In this document: positions 16,860-26,984 of the stretch, piece after piece
Layout: the number at the start of each line of letters is the position of its first letter
Numbering within the stretch: the stretch's first letter is position 1
Source: a virus
Taxonomy: Duplodnaviria; Caudoviricetes
IMG/VR virus record: IMGVR_UViG_3300025133_000020
Length of the DNA stretch: 64,000 nt
Strand: one strand, 5' to 3'
Program-made: the position numbers and the translations under genes
Notes under the pieces: generated by a model
Seen by the model: only the letters and a program-made list of their open reading frames with translations
Told to the model about the DNA's origin: nothing
Databases searched by the model: none

Positions 16860-16979
16860 ATGGAGTTAATACCATTAGATAGTAACCATAGGATGATACG
16901 AGTAGGCTTCGGAAAGAACAAGGGTATCTGGTTCTTTAGGCTTGACTTATGGTTCTTTGGGGTTAGATTTAAGAAATGA
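16860..16979 (+). CDS. Small hypothetical protein (39 aa, not in ORF track)
   Basis: MELIPLDSNHRMIRVGFGKNKGIWFFRLDLWFFGVRFKK; coupled to both neighbours. Confidence 0.5.
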   Translation: MELIPLDSNHRMIRVGFGKNKGIWFFRLDLWFFGVRFKK

Positions 16980-17260
16980 ATTATACAAACCCAAGCAACC
17001 CAGATTACGAAGAAAAGCCATCAGATTGGCTTAACGCTGCAATGATATTCAGCAGAGGCTTCTTAGTGGTATTACAAGAAGGTGGTGGTATCGTTATAGA
17101 TATGACACCAGAGATTAAAACTACTATGCCAGAAGGATTCCCCAGAGATGTGGATAAGTTATTGATATGCAAAGTGGACGATAAGATTCAAGTGAGGGAA
17201 TGTACTGATGATATTGCAGAAGGAACTCACGTAATGGTATTAAACGACAACCCAAACTAA
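16976..17260 (+). CDS. Hypothetical protein
   Basis: ORF track, coupled to folA. Confidence 0.6.
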   Translation: MNYTNPSNPDYEEKPSDWLNAAMIFSRGFLVVLQEGGGIVIDMTPEIKTTMPEGFPRDVDKLLICKVDDKIQVRECTDDIAEGTHVMVLNDNPN

Positions 17261-17649
17261 TGAAAGCTGTGATTGCCGTTAATAATTTAGGTTTCATCGG
17301 ATTAGATGATGAGTTACCATGGAAGAATTCCAAGGACTTTAAACACTTCAAGAAAATGACCATGGGTGGAGTCCTATTGGTGGGTTATAACACCTATCAG
17401 AAGCTTCCACCTCTCAAAGGTCGCACAATGCTATTGGATGATAGAGAAACTTTAATTGAAGATATAACTGACGTTGCGGATATTGACGATGTTTGGTGTA
17501 TTGGTGGTAAGAAGACTTATGAGAAGTATGTACCATGGTTCAAGGAGATTCACATATCACACATCGATGATAATACAATAGGGGATACAACGTTTCCTAA
17601 CCTAATTGGTCTTGACCCTCTTTGCGAGATTTTCAATTATCGTTTCTAA
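17260..17649 (+). CDS. folA: Dihydrofolate reductase
   Basis: IAVNNLGFIG...LPW...DFKHFK, VGYNTY, PPLKGR, CIGGKKTY, GDTTFP. Confidence 0.93.
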   Translation: MKAVIAVNNLGFIGLDDELPWKNSKDFKHFKKMTMGGVLLVGYNTYQKLPPLKGRTMLLDDRETLIEDITDVADIDDVWCIGGKKTYEKYVPWFKEIHISHIDDNTIGDTTFPNLIGLDPLCEIFNYRF

Positions 17650-17674
17650 GCTATTTATTAGAAACAGTTTTACT

Positions 17675-18169
17675 ATGAAGAAGAAAGATACAAATTTATA
17701 CTATGATTATCTAGGGGATAAACTTAAACCATTCGTTGAAGCCGAGTTTAACAGAAAGAATCGTTTCATAATAACCTACCCAAAAGAGTTAGGATTAGAT
17801 GAGTGGGTAACCTACAGCTCAACACCAATCGAATTACAACTACCAAACGAAACCATGTTAAGTGGTATCCATGACCCTCTAGCACCAGAAGTAACAGTTT
17901 ATTCTGATTTGGTGATTGAGGTTCAAGACCCAGTTTCACCTTCCAGCGCTCAAAAAGTCATGAAATTCATGAAGGACGAGTGGAAAAGTAAGGAACCAAG
18001 ACGGTTAGTTTATCTGTACAAAAATTTAGCCCCAACTGGTGAGGTTACCAGAACAAGTGAAGTCTTGGCATTCATCAAAAGTGTGGATTTCGGTAGCTTA
18101 GATTACGATAGTGATGAGTTGCTTAGAATCAAACTAACCTTGGGTGTAGACCATGTAAGGTTGGTATAA
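17675..18169 (+). CDS. Tail tube (gp19)-like paralog
   Basis: NRFIITYPKELGLDEW, QDPVSPSSAQKVM, LAPTG, VDFGSLDYDSDELLRIKLTL resemble T4-like tube proteins; late motif TATTTATT at 17652. Confidence 0.6.
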   Translation: MKKKDTNLYYDYLGDKLKPFVEAEFNRKNRFIITYPKELGLDEWVTYSSTPIELQLPNETMLSGIHDPLAPEVTVYSDLVIEVQDPVSPSSAQKVMKFMKDEWKSKEPRRLVYLYKNLAPTGEVTRTSEVLAFIKSVDFGSLDYDSDELLRIKLTLGVDHVRLV

Positions 18170-18235
18170 CCTATAACATATTAATCTTATTGGTGGTAGT
18201 ATTAGACTTTTTTGGTTAATAGTCTATATTTATAA

Positions 18236-18535
18236 GTGATAATAGACTATAAATCAATGGGATTACACGGAAATAGACCAGGTATTATAATGGATGGGAG
18301 TACAATAACTCCCGCCCAATTTTCGGCATTTACGTTTTATAACGTATATGTGGGTACGAGTGCGGCTACCGCAACAATAAACGGAACGTTAATGAATCTA
18401 GCTGCGTCTAGTGATATATCGGTGGTAGTGAGAACTTTTTCTTATGGTTCGGGTGATATTTATTTACTAGGAGATAAAAGAAACGTATCATACGGTTCAC
18501 AAATTATAGGTGGTTCATTTACAGGTAGTCAATAA
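18236..18535 (+). CDS. Small beta-rich putative virion protein (likely start ATG 18257)
   Basis: Late promoter TATTTATA 18227..18234; Gly/Thr/Ser-rich strands. Confidence 0.55.
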   Translation: MIIDYKSMGLHGNRPGIIMDGSTITPAQFSAFTFYNVYVGTSAATATINGTLMNLAASSDISVVVRTFSYGSGDIYLLGDKRNVSYGSQIIGGSFTGSQ

Positions 18536-18549
18536 AAAGATAGAAACAG

Positions 18550-19350
18550 ATGACAAATAAGAGCAAAATTACAGTTAAGCCTTTAGGTCTGAAAGGACGT
18601 GAAGTCAATGAGAGAATAATTGAATTGATGGGGCAAACTCTAATCAAAGAGAACGTTGACCGTTCCACATTTGAGTTAACCAAGAAAGGACCTGACGGTA
18701 AAGTGTACGGTATTGTACGTGAAAACCACGAGTGGTACATTAAAATTGCTGAAGATGAAGCAGTCCTTACAAAGGAAAGTTTCAATTATATCGGTGGATT
18801 ACAAAACAAGAAGTCATTTGCGTTTCCATCATACGCTAAAGCTATTAAGCAACTTAACCAAAAGTTCAAGTCTTTGAACGAGAGTTTGGGTATTAAAACA
18901 AACATCAACGTATTCCTTAATGATAATCTATTAGAGAGCGATGCAGACAAGTTCGTAACCGACAAAAAAGGTGAAGAATTGGATGATGATAAGCCTAAAG
19001 AGGAAGGTGGTGATAATCTAGTAGGAAAGAACGATTGGAAGAAAGTTAAGGTTGAAATGACTGAGGAAGAAGCTCGTATCGATTCTATGATTTCTGGTGA
19101 AGATTTCACTGAAGAGGTTGTTGAGGAATCCATGTTGGGTGCCGCTTCATTTTTCCAAGGTGATGATATCGTTCTGAATGATACAATCAGTATCAGTCAC
19201 GGTGTAGATGTAATGGATGATGCCATTGCAAACGCTACTGGTGAGAAGAAAGAGACTGCTATGGCTGAAGCTACGGACATTCTTAAAGGTCTAAGCAAAG
19301 AAGAGGTAATTTCCATTCTGGAAAACGTTACTGGTAAAAAAAAAAGTTAA
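18550..19350 (+). CDS. Acidic head-region protein, 5' part of a candidate frameshift fusion
   Basis: DGKVYGIVRENHEWYIK domain; ends GGT AAA AAA AAA AGT TAA. Confidence 0.8.
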   Translation: MTNKSKITVKPLGLKGREVNERIIELMGQTLIKENVDRSTFELTKKGPDGKVYGIVRENHEWYIKIAEDEAVLTKESFNYIGGLQNKKSFAFPSYAKAIKQLNQKFKSLNESLGIKTNINVFLNDNLLESDADKFVTDKKGEELDDDKPKEEGGDNLVGKNDWKKVKVEMTEEEARIDSMISGEDFTEEVVEESMLGAASFFQGDDIVLNDTISISHGVDVMDDAIANATGEKKETAMAEATDILKGLSKEEVISILENVTGKKKS

Positions 19351-20558
19351 AAGAAACTAAGTACACCTTAAAGGTGGACAACCCTAATCCAGCACCCGCA
19401 CCTGCTCCAGAGCTTGGTGGTGATGCTGATTTTGGTGGTGATGCTGATTTTGGTGGTGATGAAGGTGGTTTCGGTGATGAAGGTGGCGATAAACCATTTG
19501 ATGAGGAACCATTTGATGCTGGCGTTGACGCTGACGAAACTGAAGACCCTAAGAACTATATCCAACAATTATCTGGTAAGTTAGGGCAATCCCTTAGAGC
19601 ATACGAGAAAGAAGTTGGTGAACCTGACTTTGAATTGGAGAAATTCGCAATTAACTCCGTACTATCCGCAACCAATACTGGTGAGATGGATACAGAAGAC
19701 CAAAAAGATATTATTTCAAAGGTTAAGACCAGTGGTCTGGATAACGACCTTGAGGGTGACCTTGATGTTGAACCAGAAGGAGAACCAGCACCTGAGCCTG
19801 AACCAGATATGCCACCAGAACCAGAAGGTGAGGAACTTGGTGTTGAAGAGGCTCTTAACGAATTCGGTGGAGGACCACCTGAAGATAGGGAATATGATGC
19901 AATGCAGGCTTATCATGACAGTAAAGGACAACCACAGGGTGGTAAAAGTAACTACCACGTTAGTGTAGACAAAAAGGGGAACTTCAAAGTAGGGGAACCT
20001 GAAAAGAGATTCCCAAGCGGTAAAATTGTTAATGGTGAGAGAGTTTCAGATAAGTGGGGTAAAACCGAGCAAGTGTCAGAAGAAATCAGTATATTTGAAG
20101 ATAGGATTAGAGGTGTATTGAATGAGAATTTAAAATACCCTACACGGGAAGTGAGAACTGATAGGAAATATTTAGGTGCTACCATATGGGGTGACAGTGG
20201 TGCCATTTCATTGGATATTTACTCTCATAGTCATAATCCCTATGGTGGTAGTGGATGGAAGAAGATACAAAGCGGTGGTGGTATAAGTATTGGAGATTTC
20301 ACCAAAGATTATATCGCAAGACAGGTGGCTGAGAGATACAAGAACCCAGAAAGTTTTGATGCAGAGATAGATGAGTTATTAATGAAAGTTGATACCAGTT
20401 ATAAACAAATGATGCAAGATATGAATCCAGAGATAGCAGAACCAGAAGTGCAACCTAAGAGAAAAGAGGAACAAGCACCTAAAAGGATTAAAGAAAGGGA
20501 TTTACCTTTTAGAAAACCAGTAAGAGAAACTAAGACTAAACCAAAGGCTACAGTATGA
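19338..20558 (+). CDS. Acidic Gly/Pro-rich head-region protein, -1 frame continuation of 18550..19350
   Basis: Frame opens at the A10 run (KKKLKETKYTLKVDNP...); ORF track uses GTG 19374; PFDEEPFDAGV..DE.EDPK.YIQQLSGKLGQSLR domain. Confidence 0.7.
   Translation, partial: KKKLKETKYTLKVDNPNPAPAPAPELGGDADFGGDADFGGDEGGFGDEGGDKPFDEEPFDAGVDADETEDPKNYIQQLSGKLGQSLRAYEKEVGEPDFELEKFAINSVLSATNTGEMDTEDQKDIISKVKTSGLDNDLEGDLDVEPEGEPAPEPEPDMPPEPEGEELGVEEALNEFGGGPPEDREYDAMQAYHDSKGQPQGGKSNYHVSVDKKGNFKVGEPEKRFPSGKIVNGERVSDKWGKTEQVSEEISIFEDRIRGVLNENLKYPTREVRTDRKYLGATIWGDSGAISLDIYSHSHNPYGGSGWKKIQSGGGISIGDFTKDYIARQVAERYKNPESFDAEIDELLMKVDTSYKQMMQDMNPEIAEPEVQPKRKEEQAPKRIKERDLPFRKPVRETKTKPKATV
19416..19461 (+). repeat. 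18-nt coding tandem repeat (GGDADF)
   Basis: ggtggtgatgctgatttt x2 plus partial. Confidence 0.85.
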
Positions 20559-20968
20559 AGTTAATATTCATTCGATATATCGGTGAAGACTTCAATGGGA
20601 AGCATATATACGAGTTTATCTTTACGGATAACATCGAAGGTGTTGATGGTGAAGGTTGGGATGCTTATCCAGCAAGTGGTAACCCTGAACCACCTGAAAA
20701 AGGTTATATCAGTAAGGTTGGTAGGTTCGAAACTGACGAATTCAAGCTGGTGTTGATTCAGAACAGTGATACATTTGCTGTATGGGACGCTGTGGACGGT
20801 GTTGTGGCGCTTGCGTGGGAAGATATCACTGAAGGATATGATGAGTACCCAGATAATAGAATAAAGTTCTTCTATGGGGCTAATTTGGATACTGTTACTG
20901 ACTTATTGTACAGTAGGGATATAATTATAGAATGGAAATACGATAGTAAAAATGAGCTACAAGGATAA
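20555..20968 (+). CDS. Hypothetical protein of the head operon
   Basis: ORF coupled with neighbours. Confidence 0.7.
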   Translation: MKLIFIRYIGEDFNGKHIYEFIFTDNIEGVDGEGWDAYPASGNPEPPEKGYISKVGRFETDEFKLVLIQNSDTFAVWDAVDGVVALAWEDITEGYDEYPDNRIKFFYGANLDTVTDLLYSRDIIIEWKYDSKNELQG

Positions 20969-21374
20969 AATATTAAATTTGATTAAAGAAGATAGTGAAA
21001 TGATGAATTTCTCTACCACAACTGATGATTTGGATGCTACTGTAGATGCGGTAAAGAAGTCTACTGATTCAGGTGACGAAACTACGATTAGTGTAAGTGA
21101 CGATGACGATGTTAATGAAGCTGTCGATGGTATCAAAACGGCAGATGATGCTGAAGCAAACGCAGATGATTATGAGGAACTACAGAACCTTAAGAACCAA
21201 GCGTCTGAAGATGAAAATGACGCACCAACTCAAGATGCACCAAAGGATGTGAATGAGGTTATGGGTAGAATGAGTAAGGAGAAGTTGGAGAAGTTGGTTG
21301 AGCAGAATAAAAAGATAGGTAAAGCCTACAAAAAGATAATCAAGGTTTCCGAAATAAGAAGTAAGAATGGATAA
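20952..21374 (+). CDS. Acidic hypothetical protein of the head operon
   Basis: LIKED and MSKEKLEKLVE motifs. Confidence 0.7.
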   Translation: MSYKDKILNLIKEDSEMMNFSTTTDDLDATVDAVKKSTDSGDETTISVSDDDDVNEAVDGIKTADDAEANADDYEELQNLKNQASEDENDAPTQDAPKDVNEVMGRMSKEKLEKLVEQNKKIGKAYKKIIKVSEIRSKNG

Positions 21375-22671
21375 GACCGAACAACTACGTAAGAAAGCTC
21401 AAATGTTAGCCGTAAGGAAGACTATACTCCATGAGGGGTTCGGTTACCCTCAAGGTATGAAAGAACGAATGGATAGTTCAATCGAAGAGCGAATCAAGAA
21501 TAGACAAACAGCTATTGGTGAGCACCCTGCGCTACCTTCTGGTGGTGTGAGAGGTTTTGACCAAAAACTATTACTTGACCGTTTCTTGGAAACCGTTAAT
21601 CGTTATAAGGACGCTTTCGATGTCAACGAGATTGACACAGTTAAGGCGGTGGAAGGGGCGCAGCAATTATTATTGGATTGTATGGAAGCTGAGGCACCAC
21701 ACAGAAAGAAATTAGAGGAACTTGCAGTAGAGATGGTTAAAGAAGATTTTAACCTTAGTGATGAAGCTATGATATTCGAAGCAAGTCTGGTTGATAAGGT
21801 TGAATTAGGTTCCAAGACCACTAATGTTGGTTCTGATGAAGAATACCAAATGGAATTCGAAAATCACGCTGATATTGAGAACGCTGAACTTGAAGTAATG
21901 AACCGTAGATTCATCAATTGTATGATACAAGGTGCGGCTATGAAATGTAATCACATGTTTAACCTTGCCAATGATGAGTTACAGAAGTTAGAGGCTACAT
22001 TACCAACCAAATATAAGAAGTTAATGTCCTCTGCTGAGTACCTATATTTCGTGGTACCAGATAATGTAATTGAAGCCGCTAAACCAGATGATGTAGCATC
22101 AAGTGTTGGTGGTATGGTAGATGTGGATTATGATGAAGATGAGACTCCAGTTATTACGGCTGAAGCTAAGACGTTACCAGTACTGATACACGAACTGGTT
22201 AAGGGTGTTATGGAAGTAGTAGCCCTACACGGATTCAGCGAGAATGAAGAGTTGAATGATTATGTTGTAAGTCAAGCTGACTTCTTAGCGGCAGAACCAT
22301 CTGATATGAGAATGGGTCCTGCAATATGGGGTAAGTTCATGGATGCAATCGAACCTGCTGACAGTAACTTAAAACATCACGTATTCTATAACCTTGTTAA
22401 GAAGCCTACGAACGAATTCAACGAGTGTATGAAGGAAATACTTGCTGGTACCAAAGAAGGTAAACGTATAGTAGCTGAAATCATCGAAGGTGTTAAATCC
22501 AGAATGGAAGTAGATGACCTTACCGAGGAAGAGAATATCACAAAGGAGCAAGATTATAGCGCCTCTATAGATAGAAGTAAAGCTGAATTAGGTGACTTTA
22601 AAGAAAGGCTTAAGGATAGTGACTTCAACCAAATGTTCAGAGACATAATCGGTGACGATACCGACCTGTAA
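21367..22671 (+). CDS. Hypothetical protein preceding terminase
   Basis: 434 aa ORF; LIHELVKGVME and DMRMGPAIW motifs. Confidence 0.75.
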   Translation: MDKTEQLRKKAQMLAVRKTILHEGFGYPQGMKERMDSSIEERIKNRQTAIGEHPALPSGGVRGFDQKLLLDRFLETVNRYKDAFDVNEIDTVKAVEGAQQLLLDCMEAEAPHRKKLEELAVEMVKEDFNLSDEAMIFEASLVDKVELGSKTTNVGSDEEYQMEFENHADIENAELEVMNRRFINCMIQGAAMKCNHMFNLANDELQKLEATLPTKYKKLMSSAEYLYFVVPDNVIEAAKPDDVASSVGGMVDVDYDEDETPVITAEAKTLPVLIHELVKGVMEVVALHGFSENEELNDYVVSQADFLAAEPSDMRMGPAIWGKFMDAIEPADSNLKHHVFYNLVKKPTNEFNECMKEILAGTKEGKRIVAEIIEGVKSRMEVDDLTEEENITKEQDYSASIDRSKAELGDFKERLKDSDFNQMFRDIIGDDTDL

Positions 22672-22736
22672 TACCCCAAAAATAGACATTTCGTACTTGT
22701 TAACATATTTATCTATGATAAAACATAGACAGATAC

Positions 22737-24551
22737 ATGTTAACAGCAGACGAAATATTAGCAGAATATGCTAAATGCCTTTTAGACCCGAAATACGCAA
22801 TTGAGACCTTTTTCGAAACGTATGACCTTACGCAAGAAGGGTTCGTACCGTTTAACCTATTCCCCAAACAAAGAAATATTATCGATGCTTATCGAAGCAA
22901 TCGATTCAACTTGGTAACCAAGCCCAGACAGGCTGGTATATCTACCGTAACACAAGCATATGCGGCAACCCTAATCGGGTTTGCTGACCCAAAGAACCCT
23001 GAGACCATTCTGGTTGTGGCTAACAAACTGAAGTTGGCTAAGAAGTTCACCAAAGGTATTAAAGACTTCGTTAAACAACTACCTAGATGGGTATGGGGTG
23101 AGGAATACTACGGTACTCCAGAGAAGGAAAAGAAAGACATCTTTGAGAAGGAATCGCAAGATGAGATGGAATTGGTCAATGGTTGTAAAATCGTTGCTGT
23201 TGCGACATCTGAGGATGCTTTGCGTGGGTACACACCTACACTATTGATTATGGATGAGGCTGCGTTCATCGAAAGAGGTGACGAACTATTCGCTGCTGCC
23301 CTTACCTCACTTGGTACTGGTGGAAAGGCGACCCTTATTTCAACACCAAACGGACAAGACCCATTATACTACGAAACATACGAACAATCAATGAAGGGTG
23401 AGAACGACTTCAAGATTAGTGAGATGCGTTGGTACGAGGATTTACGATACAATAAAGACCTTAGATGGTGGAAGTGGGTTGATAAGGAGGAAACTGAGAA
23501 GAAGTGGCTTGAAGAATACAAGTTTACCTTTGATTCCTACAAGGACAAGCTTAAACGTGGTTATAAACCTACATCTTCATGGTATGAAGAGATGTGTCGT
23601 TCAATGAATAACAATAAGCGTAAGATTGCCCAAGAGCTTGACGTATCATTCCTTGGTTCTGGAGGTAACGTGATTGAAGATAAGTACATACAACACCACG
23701 AATTACACAACGTGTGTGAACCTAAATGGAAAGCTGGTAGAGGTAACGAGATTTGGATATGGGAACGACCCATTGAAGGTCATGAATATCTACTGGCTTC
23801 TGATGTTTCCAGAGGCGATGGTGAGGATTTTTCAACATTCACCGTAATCGATGTTACAACCATGGAACAAGTGGTTGAATATGTGGGTAAAATACCACCT
23901 GACAAGTTAGCCGAACTACTGGAAGAGTATGGTTACCTATATAACGCACTGATAGTGGTGGATATTACTGGTGGTATGGGTGTTACAACGACCCTTAAGT
24001 TGAAGGAAATGAAGTACCCTAACCTTTACTACGAACAACGTGGTGAGAAATTACTTAAGAAGCGACAAGATGAGAATAAAATCAAACGTAAGTTAGAAAC
24101 TCCTGGTTATCAAGTAGGTTCAGATAGGGTTGCATTGGTGAGTAACTTCGAAAGAATGGTTCGATTGAACTGTGATGAAGGTATCAATAAGGGTATTAAG
24201 GTAAGGTCTACCAGATTGATTGCTGAGTTCCATACATTCATATACAAGAATGGACGTGCTGACCACCAAGATGGTAAGCATGATGACCTTATTATGGCAT
24301 TGGGTATCGGTTTATACATATTGGAATTCTCCTTCAAGAAGTTGAAGTCGTTGAAATCCAAGACCAAGACTATGCTTAGTAGCTGGGTTGTAAATCACGG
24401 TGACGAAGTTCAACCACACATTGAGTATGGTAGTGGGTTTGTGGCTAAAAATAAGAAGGGTCAACCTAAACCAAAGTTTGATGCTGCAACAGCTAGGAAT
24501 ATGCAAGACCCAACTGGTAGATATTTATGGCTTTTCAGTGGTAGTAAGTAA
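22737..24551 (+). CDS. terL: Terminase large subunit (gp17-like)
   Basis: KPRQAGIST Walker A, RG..TLLIMDEAAF Walker B, ISTPNG, ASDVSRGDGEDFS nuclease, HDDLIMA. Confidence 0.96.
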   Translation: MLTADEILAEYAKCLLDPKYAIETFFETYDLTQEGFVPFNLFPKQRNIIDAYRSNRFNLVTKPRQAGISTVTQAYAATLIGFADPKNPETILVVANKLKLAKKFTKGIKDFVKQLPRWVWGEEYYGTPEKEKKDIFEKESQDEMELVNGCKIVAVATSEDALRGYTPTLLIMDEAAFIERGDELFAAALTSLGTGGKATLISTPNGQDPLYYETYEQSMKGENDFKISEMRWYEDLRYNKDLRWWKWVDKEETEKKWLEEYKFTFDSYKDKLKRGYKPTSSWYEEMCRSMNNNKRKIAQELDVSFLGSGGNVIEDKYIQHHELHNVCEPKWKAGRGNEIWIWERPIEGHEYLLASDVSRGDGEDFSTFTVIDVTTMEQVVEYVGKIPPDKLAELLEEYGYLYNALIVVDITGGMGVTTTLKLKEMKYPNLYYEQRGEKLLKKRQDENKIKRKLETPGYQVGSDRVALVSNFERMVRLNCDEGINKGIKVRSTRLIAEFHTFIYKNGRADHQDGKHDDLIMALGIGLYILEFSFKKLKSLKSKTKTMLSSWVVNHGDEVQPHIEYGSGFVAKNKKGQPKPKFDAATARNMQDPTGRYLWLFSGSK

Positions 24552-24572
24552 TATTTAATATAAAACGCCATA

Positions 24573-24785
24573 ATGGGACAAAAAAAGACATTCGTTAGAA
24601 AGAATTACGGGACACTTTATAAGTGGTCAGTTAGGACAGGACCTCAAGGTAAGAATAAGACCAGAAGAGAGAGGATTAATCCTATTGGGGATGTTGCGTG
24701 TGATGTAGGATACGTGTATAATCAACAGATTGTTAACGGACAGTTAGAACGATTACTATATGTAGAATGTGGATACGTCCAATAA
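24573..24785 (+). CDS. Small basic hypothetical protein
   Basis: ORF between terL and portal. Confidence 0.55.
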   Translation: MGQKKTFVRKNYGTLYKWSVRTGPQGKNKTRRERINPIGDVACDVGYVYNQQIVNGQLERLLYVECGYVQ

Positions 24786-24833
24786 GGGTTTATTTTTTAA
24801 GTAAAGACAGTATAATTATAGAAAAAGAAGCGA

Positions 24834-26936
24834 ATGGCTAATAAACAGCAACCGAATTTAACGGTATTTCAAAGATTGAACAAGATTTTAACTCCAGACG
24901 GGGTTAATCCTAATATAGAGCTTAGTAATAAGTATTCAATGGGTAGTGATATCCTGTTGAAAACCACAGACAAGAAGGAGTACCAGCAGCAAGCGTTACA
25001 GGCGAAGCAAAGTAAGTACTTAAGTAGTATGTGGGGTAAGGTTGAGGATAACCTATTCCAACAATCTATTCAGTATGAAATGACCCGTATCGGGGCTTAC
25101 TCCGATTTCGAAAATATGGAATTCTACCCAGAGCTTGCGGCAACGCTTGATATTCTGATGGAAGAGTCCACAACAGTAAACGATAAAGGTAGAGTACTTA
25201 ACATCTATTCGGATAGTCCAAGAATCAGAGGTATTCTGGAAGACCTATTCTTCAATAGATTGGATATTCACACTACGTTACCTATGTGGGTGCGTAATAC
25301 GTGTAAATACGGGGATAACTTCGTATACCTTAACACAAACGACAAATACGGTATCACTGGTGCCAAACAAATGCCTAACTTCGAGATGGAGCGTAGAGAA
25401 GGTGGTGTATATGACACTATCAGCGCCCAACTGAATAGTACAGAGAGAAAGGAGAAGGATAGAAGTGATGAAGGTAAGGAAGAACGTGTACGTTTCTTCT
25501 GGAGAGGTAGAGATATGGAATTTGAATCATGGCAAGTAGCCCACTTTAGGTTACTTGGTGATGATAGGAGATTACCTTACGGAACTAGTGTTCTAGAAAA
25601 GTCTAGAAGAATCTGGAAGCAACTATTGTTATCAGAGGATGCGATGCTTGTGTATCGTGTAACTAGAGCGCCAGAGCGTAGGGTATATAAGATTTACGTT
25701 GGTAACATCGATGATGAAGATGTGCAACCATACGTTAACGAAATCGCTAACCGATTTAAGAGGGCTAACGTAATTGACCCAGCAACTGGTCAAGTAGACC
25801 TTAGATACAACCAATTGGCTAATGACCAAGACTTTTTCATCCCAGTTAGAGATGAGAATGCACCTAACCCAATCGATACACTTCCTGGCGCTCAAAACTT
25901 AGACCAGATTGCGGATATCGAATACCTACAACGTAAACTGTTTACAGCATTACGGGTACCTAAGTCATTCTTAGGGTTTGAGGAAGCACAAGGTGATGGT
26001 AAGAACTTAGCATTAATGGATGTTAGATTTGCTAGAACGATTAATAGAATACAACAAGCCTTATTACAAGAGCTTAACAAGATTGCTATCATTCACTTGG
26101 TGTTATTAGGGTTCGAAGATGACCTTAATAGTTTCACCATTACAATGAATAACCCATCAACTCAGGCAGAGATGCTTAGAGTGGAGCATTTACAGTCTAA
26201 ATTCACAGCTATTCAAGCTGCTGTTACTGATGCTGGAAATGGATTTGGTATTATGTCAATGACTAAAGCTAAGAGAGATATTCTTGGGTGGAGTGATGCG
26301 GAAATCAGACAAGACCTTCTGGAACAAAGAATGGAGAAAGCTGCTGCGGCAGAATTGGAGAATACTGCACAGGTTATTAAGAATACTGGATTCTTCGATA
26401 AGGTAGATTTACTGTATGGGGATATTACTAAAGCCAGAGATGGTGGAGCGAGTGAAGAAGGTGGTGATGAAGGTGGACCTGCTGGTGGCGGTGGTGGATT
26501 CGGTGGAGGTGGTGTCGGTGGTGAAGACATAGACTTCGGTGAAGAAGGTGGTGATGAAGAAGCCGATTTTGGTGAAGAAGGTGGTGGAGATGACTTCGGT
26601 GGCGAAGATTTAGGTGGTGACGCAGGTGGCGAAGATTTAGGTGGTGACGCAGGTGGTGACGCAGGTGGTGACCTAGGTGAGGTCATGAAAATTGGTCAAA
26701 GGATATTAGCTGAAGAGAAGTTAATCATAACTGATAAGCTAACTAAAAGGAAAAAGCGACATAACGAGAAGTACATGAATAGGTTGATGGAGAACATCAG
26801 CAACCCAGAGAGTGATGCTGATGTTGTAAACGCTAATAGGGTAACCCTAAATGATAAGAGTATGCGTATCAATCAGAATGTTGATGATATGGTAAAGGAT
26901 ATATCGGATAGGATAGACGAAGTGGATAAGGATTAA
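24834..26936 (+). CDS. gp20: Portal protein (gp20-like) with long acidic C-terminal tail
   Basis: LLLSEDAMLVYRVTRAPERRVYKIYVGN, DFFIP, IDTLPGAQNL..IADIEYLQRKLFTALRVPKS. Confidence 0.95.
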   Translation: MANKQQPNLTVFQRLNKILTPDGVNPNIELSNKYSMGSDILLKTTDKKEYQQQALQAKQSKYLSSMWGKVEDNLFQQSIQYEMTRIGAYSDFENMEFYPELAATLDILMEESTTVNDKGRVLNIYSDSPRIRGILEDLFFNRLDIHTTLPMWVRNTCKYGDNFVYLNTNDKYGITGAKQMPNFEMERREGGVYDTISAQLNSTERKEKDRSDEGKEERVRFFWRGRDMEFESWQVAHFRLLGDDRRLPYGTSVLEKSRRIWKQLLLSEDAMLVYRVTRAPERRVYKIYVGNIDDEDVQPYVNEIANRFKRANVIDPATGQVDLRYNQLANDQDFFIPVRDENAPNPIDTLPGAQNLDQIADIEYLQRKLFTALRVPKSFLGFEEAQGDGKNLALMDVRFARTINRIQQALLQELNKIAIIHLVLLGFEDDLNSFTITMNNPSTQAEMLRVEHLQSKFTAIQAAVTDAGNGFGIMSMTKAKRDILGWSDAEIRQDLLEQRMEKAAAAELENTAQVIKNTGFFDKVDLLYGDITKARDGGASEEGGDEGGPAGGGGGFGGGGVGGEDIDFGEEGGDEEADFGEEGGGDDFGGEDLGGDAGGEDLGGDAGGDAGGDLGEVMKIGQRILAEEKLIITDKLTKRKKRHNEKYMNRLMENISNPESDADVVNANRVTLNDKSMRINQNVDDMVKDISDRIDEVDKD
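26598..26672 (+). repeat. 27-nt and 12-nt coding tandem repeats (GGEDLGGDA) in the portal tail
   Basis: ggtggcgaagatttaggtggtgacgca x2, then ggtggtgacgca and ggtggtgac. Confidence 0.85.
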
Positions 26937-26984
26937 TCGGTTTTTTACCCATTTTTCAACTATTTAAAATTAAAGAGGGTTACT

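Noticed and set aside
22737-24551. Intein or intron in terminase, portal or MCP
   Set aside because: Continuous ORFs with no Hint-domain motifs (no C/S...HN junctions) and no endonuclease inserts.
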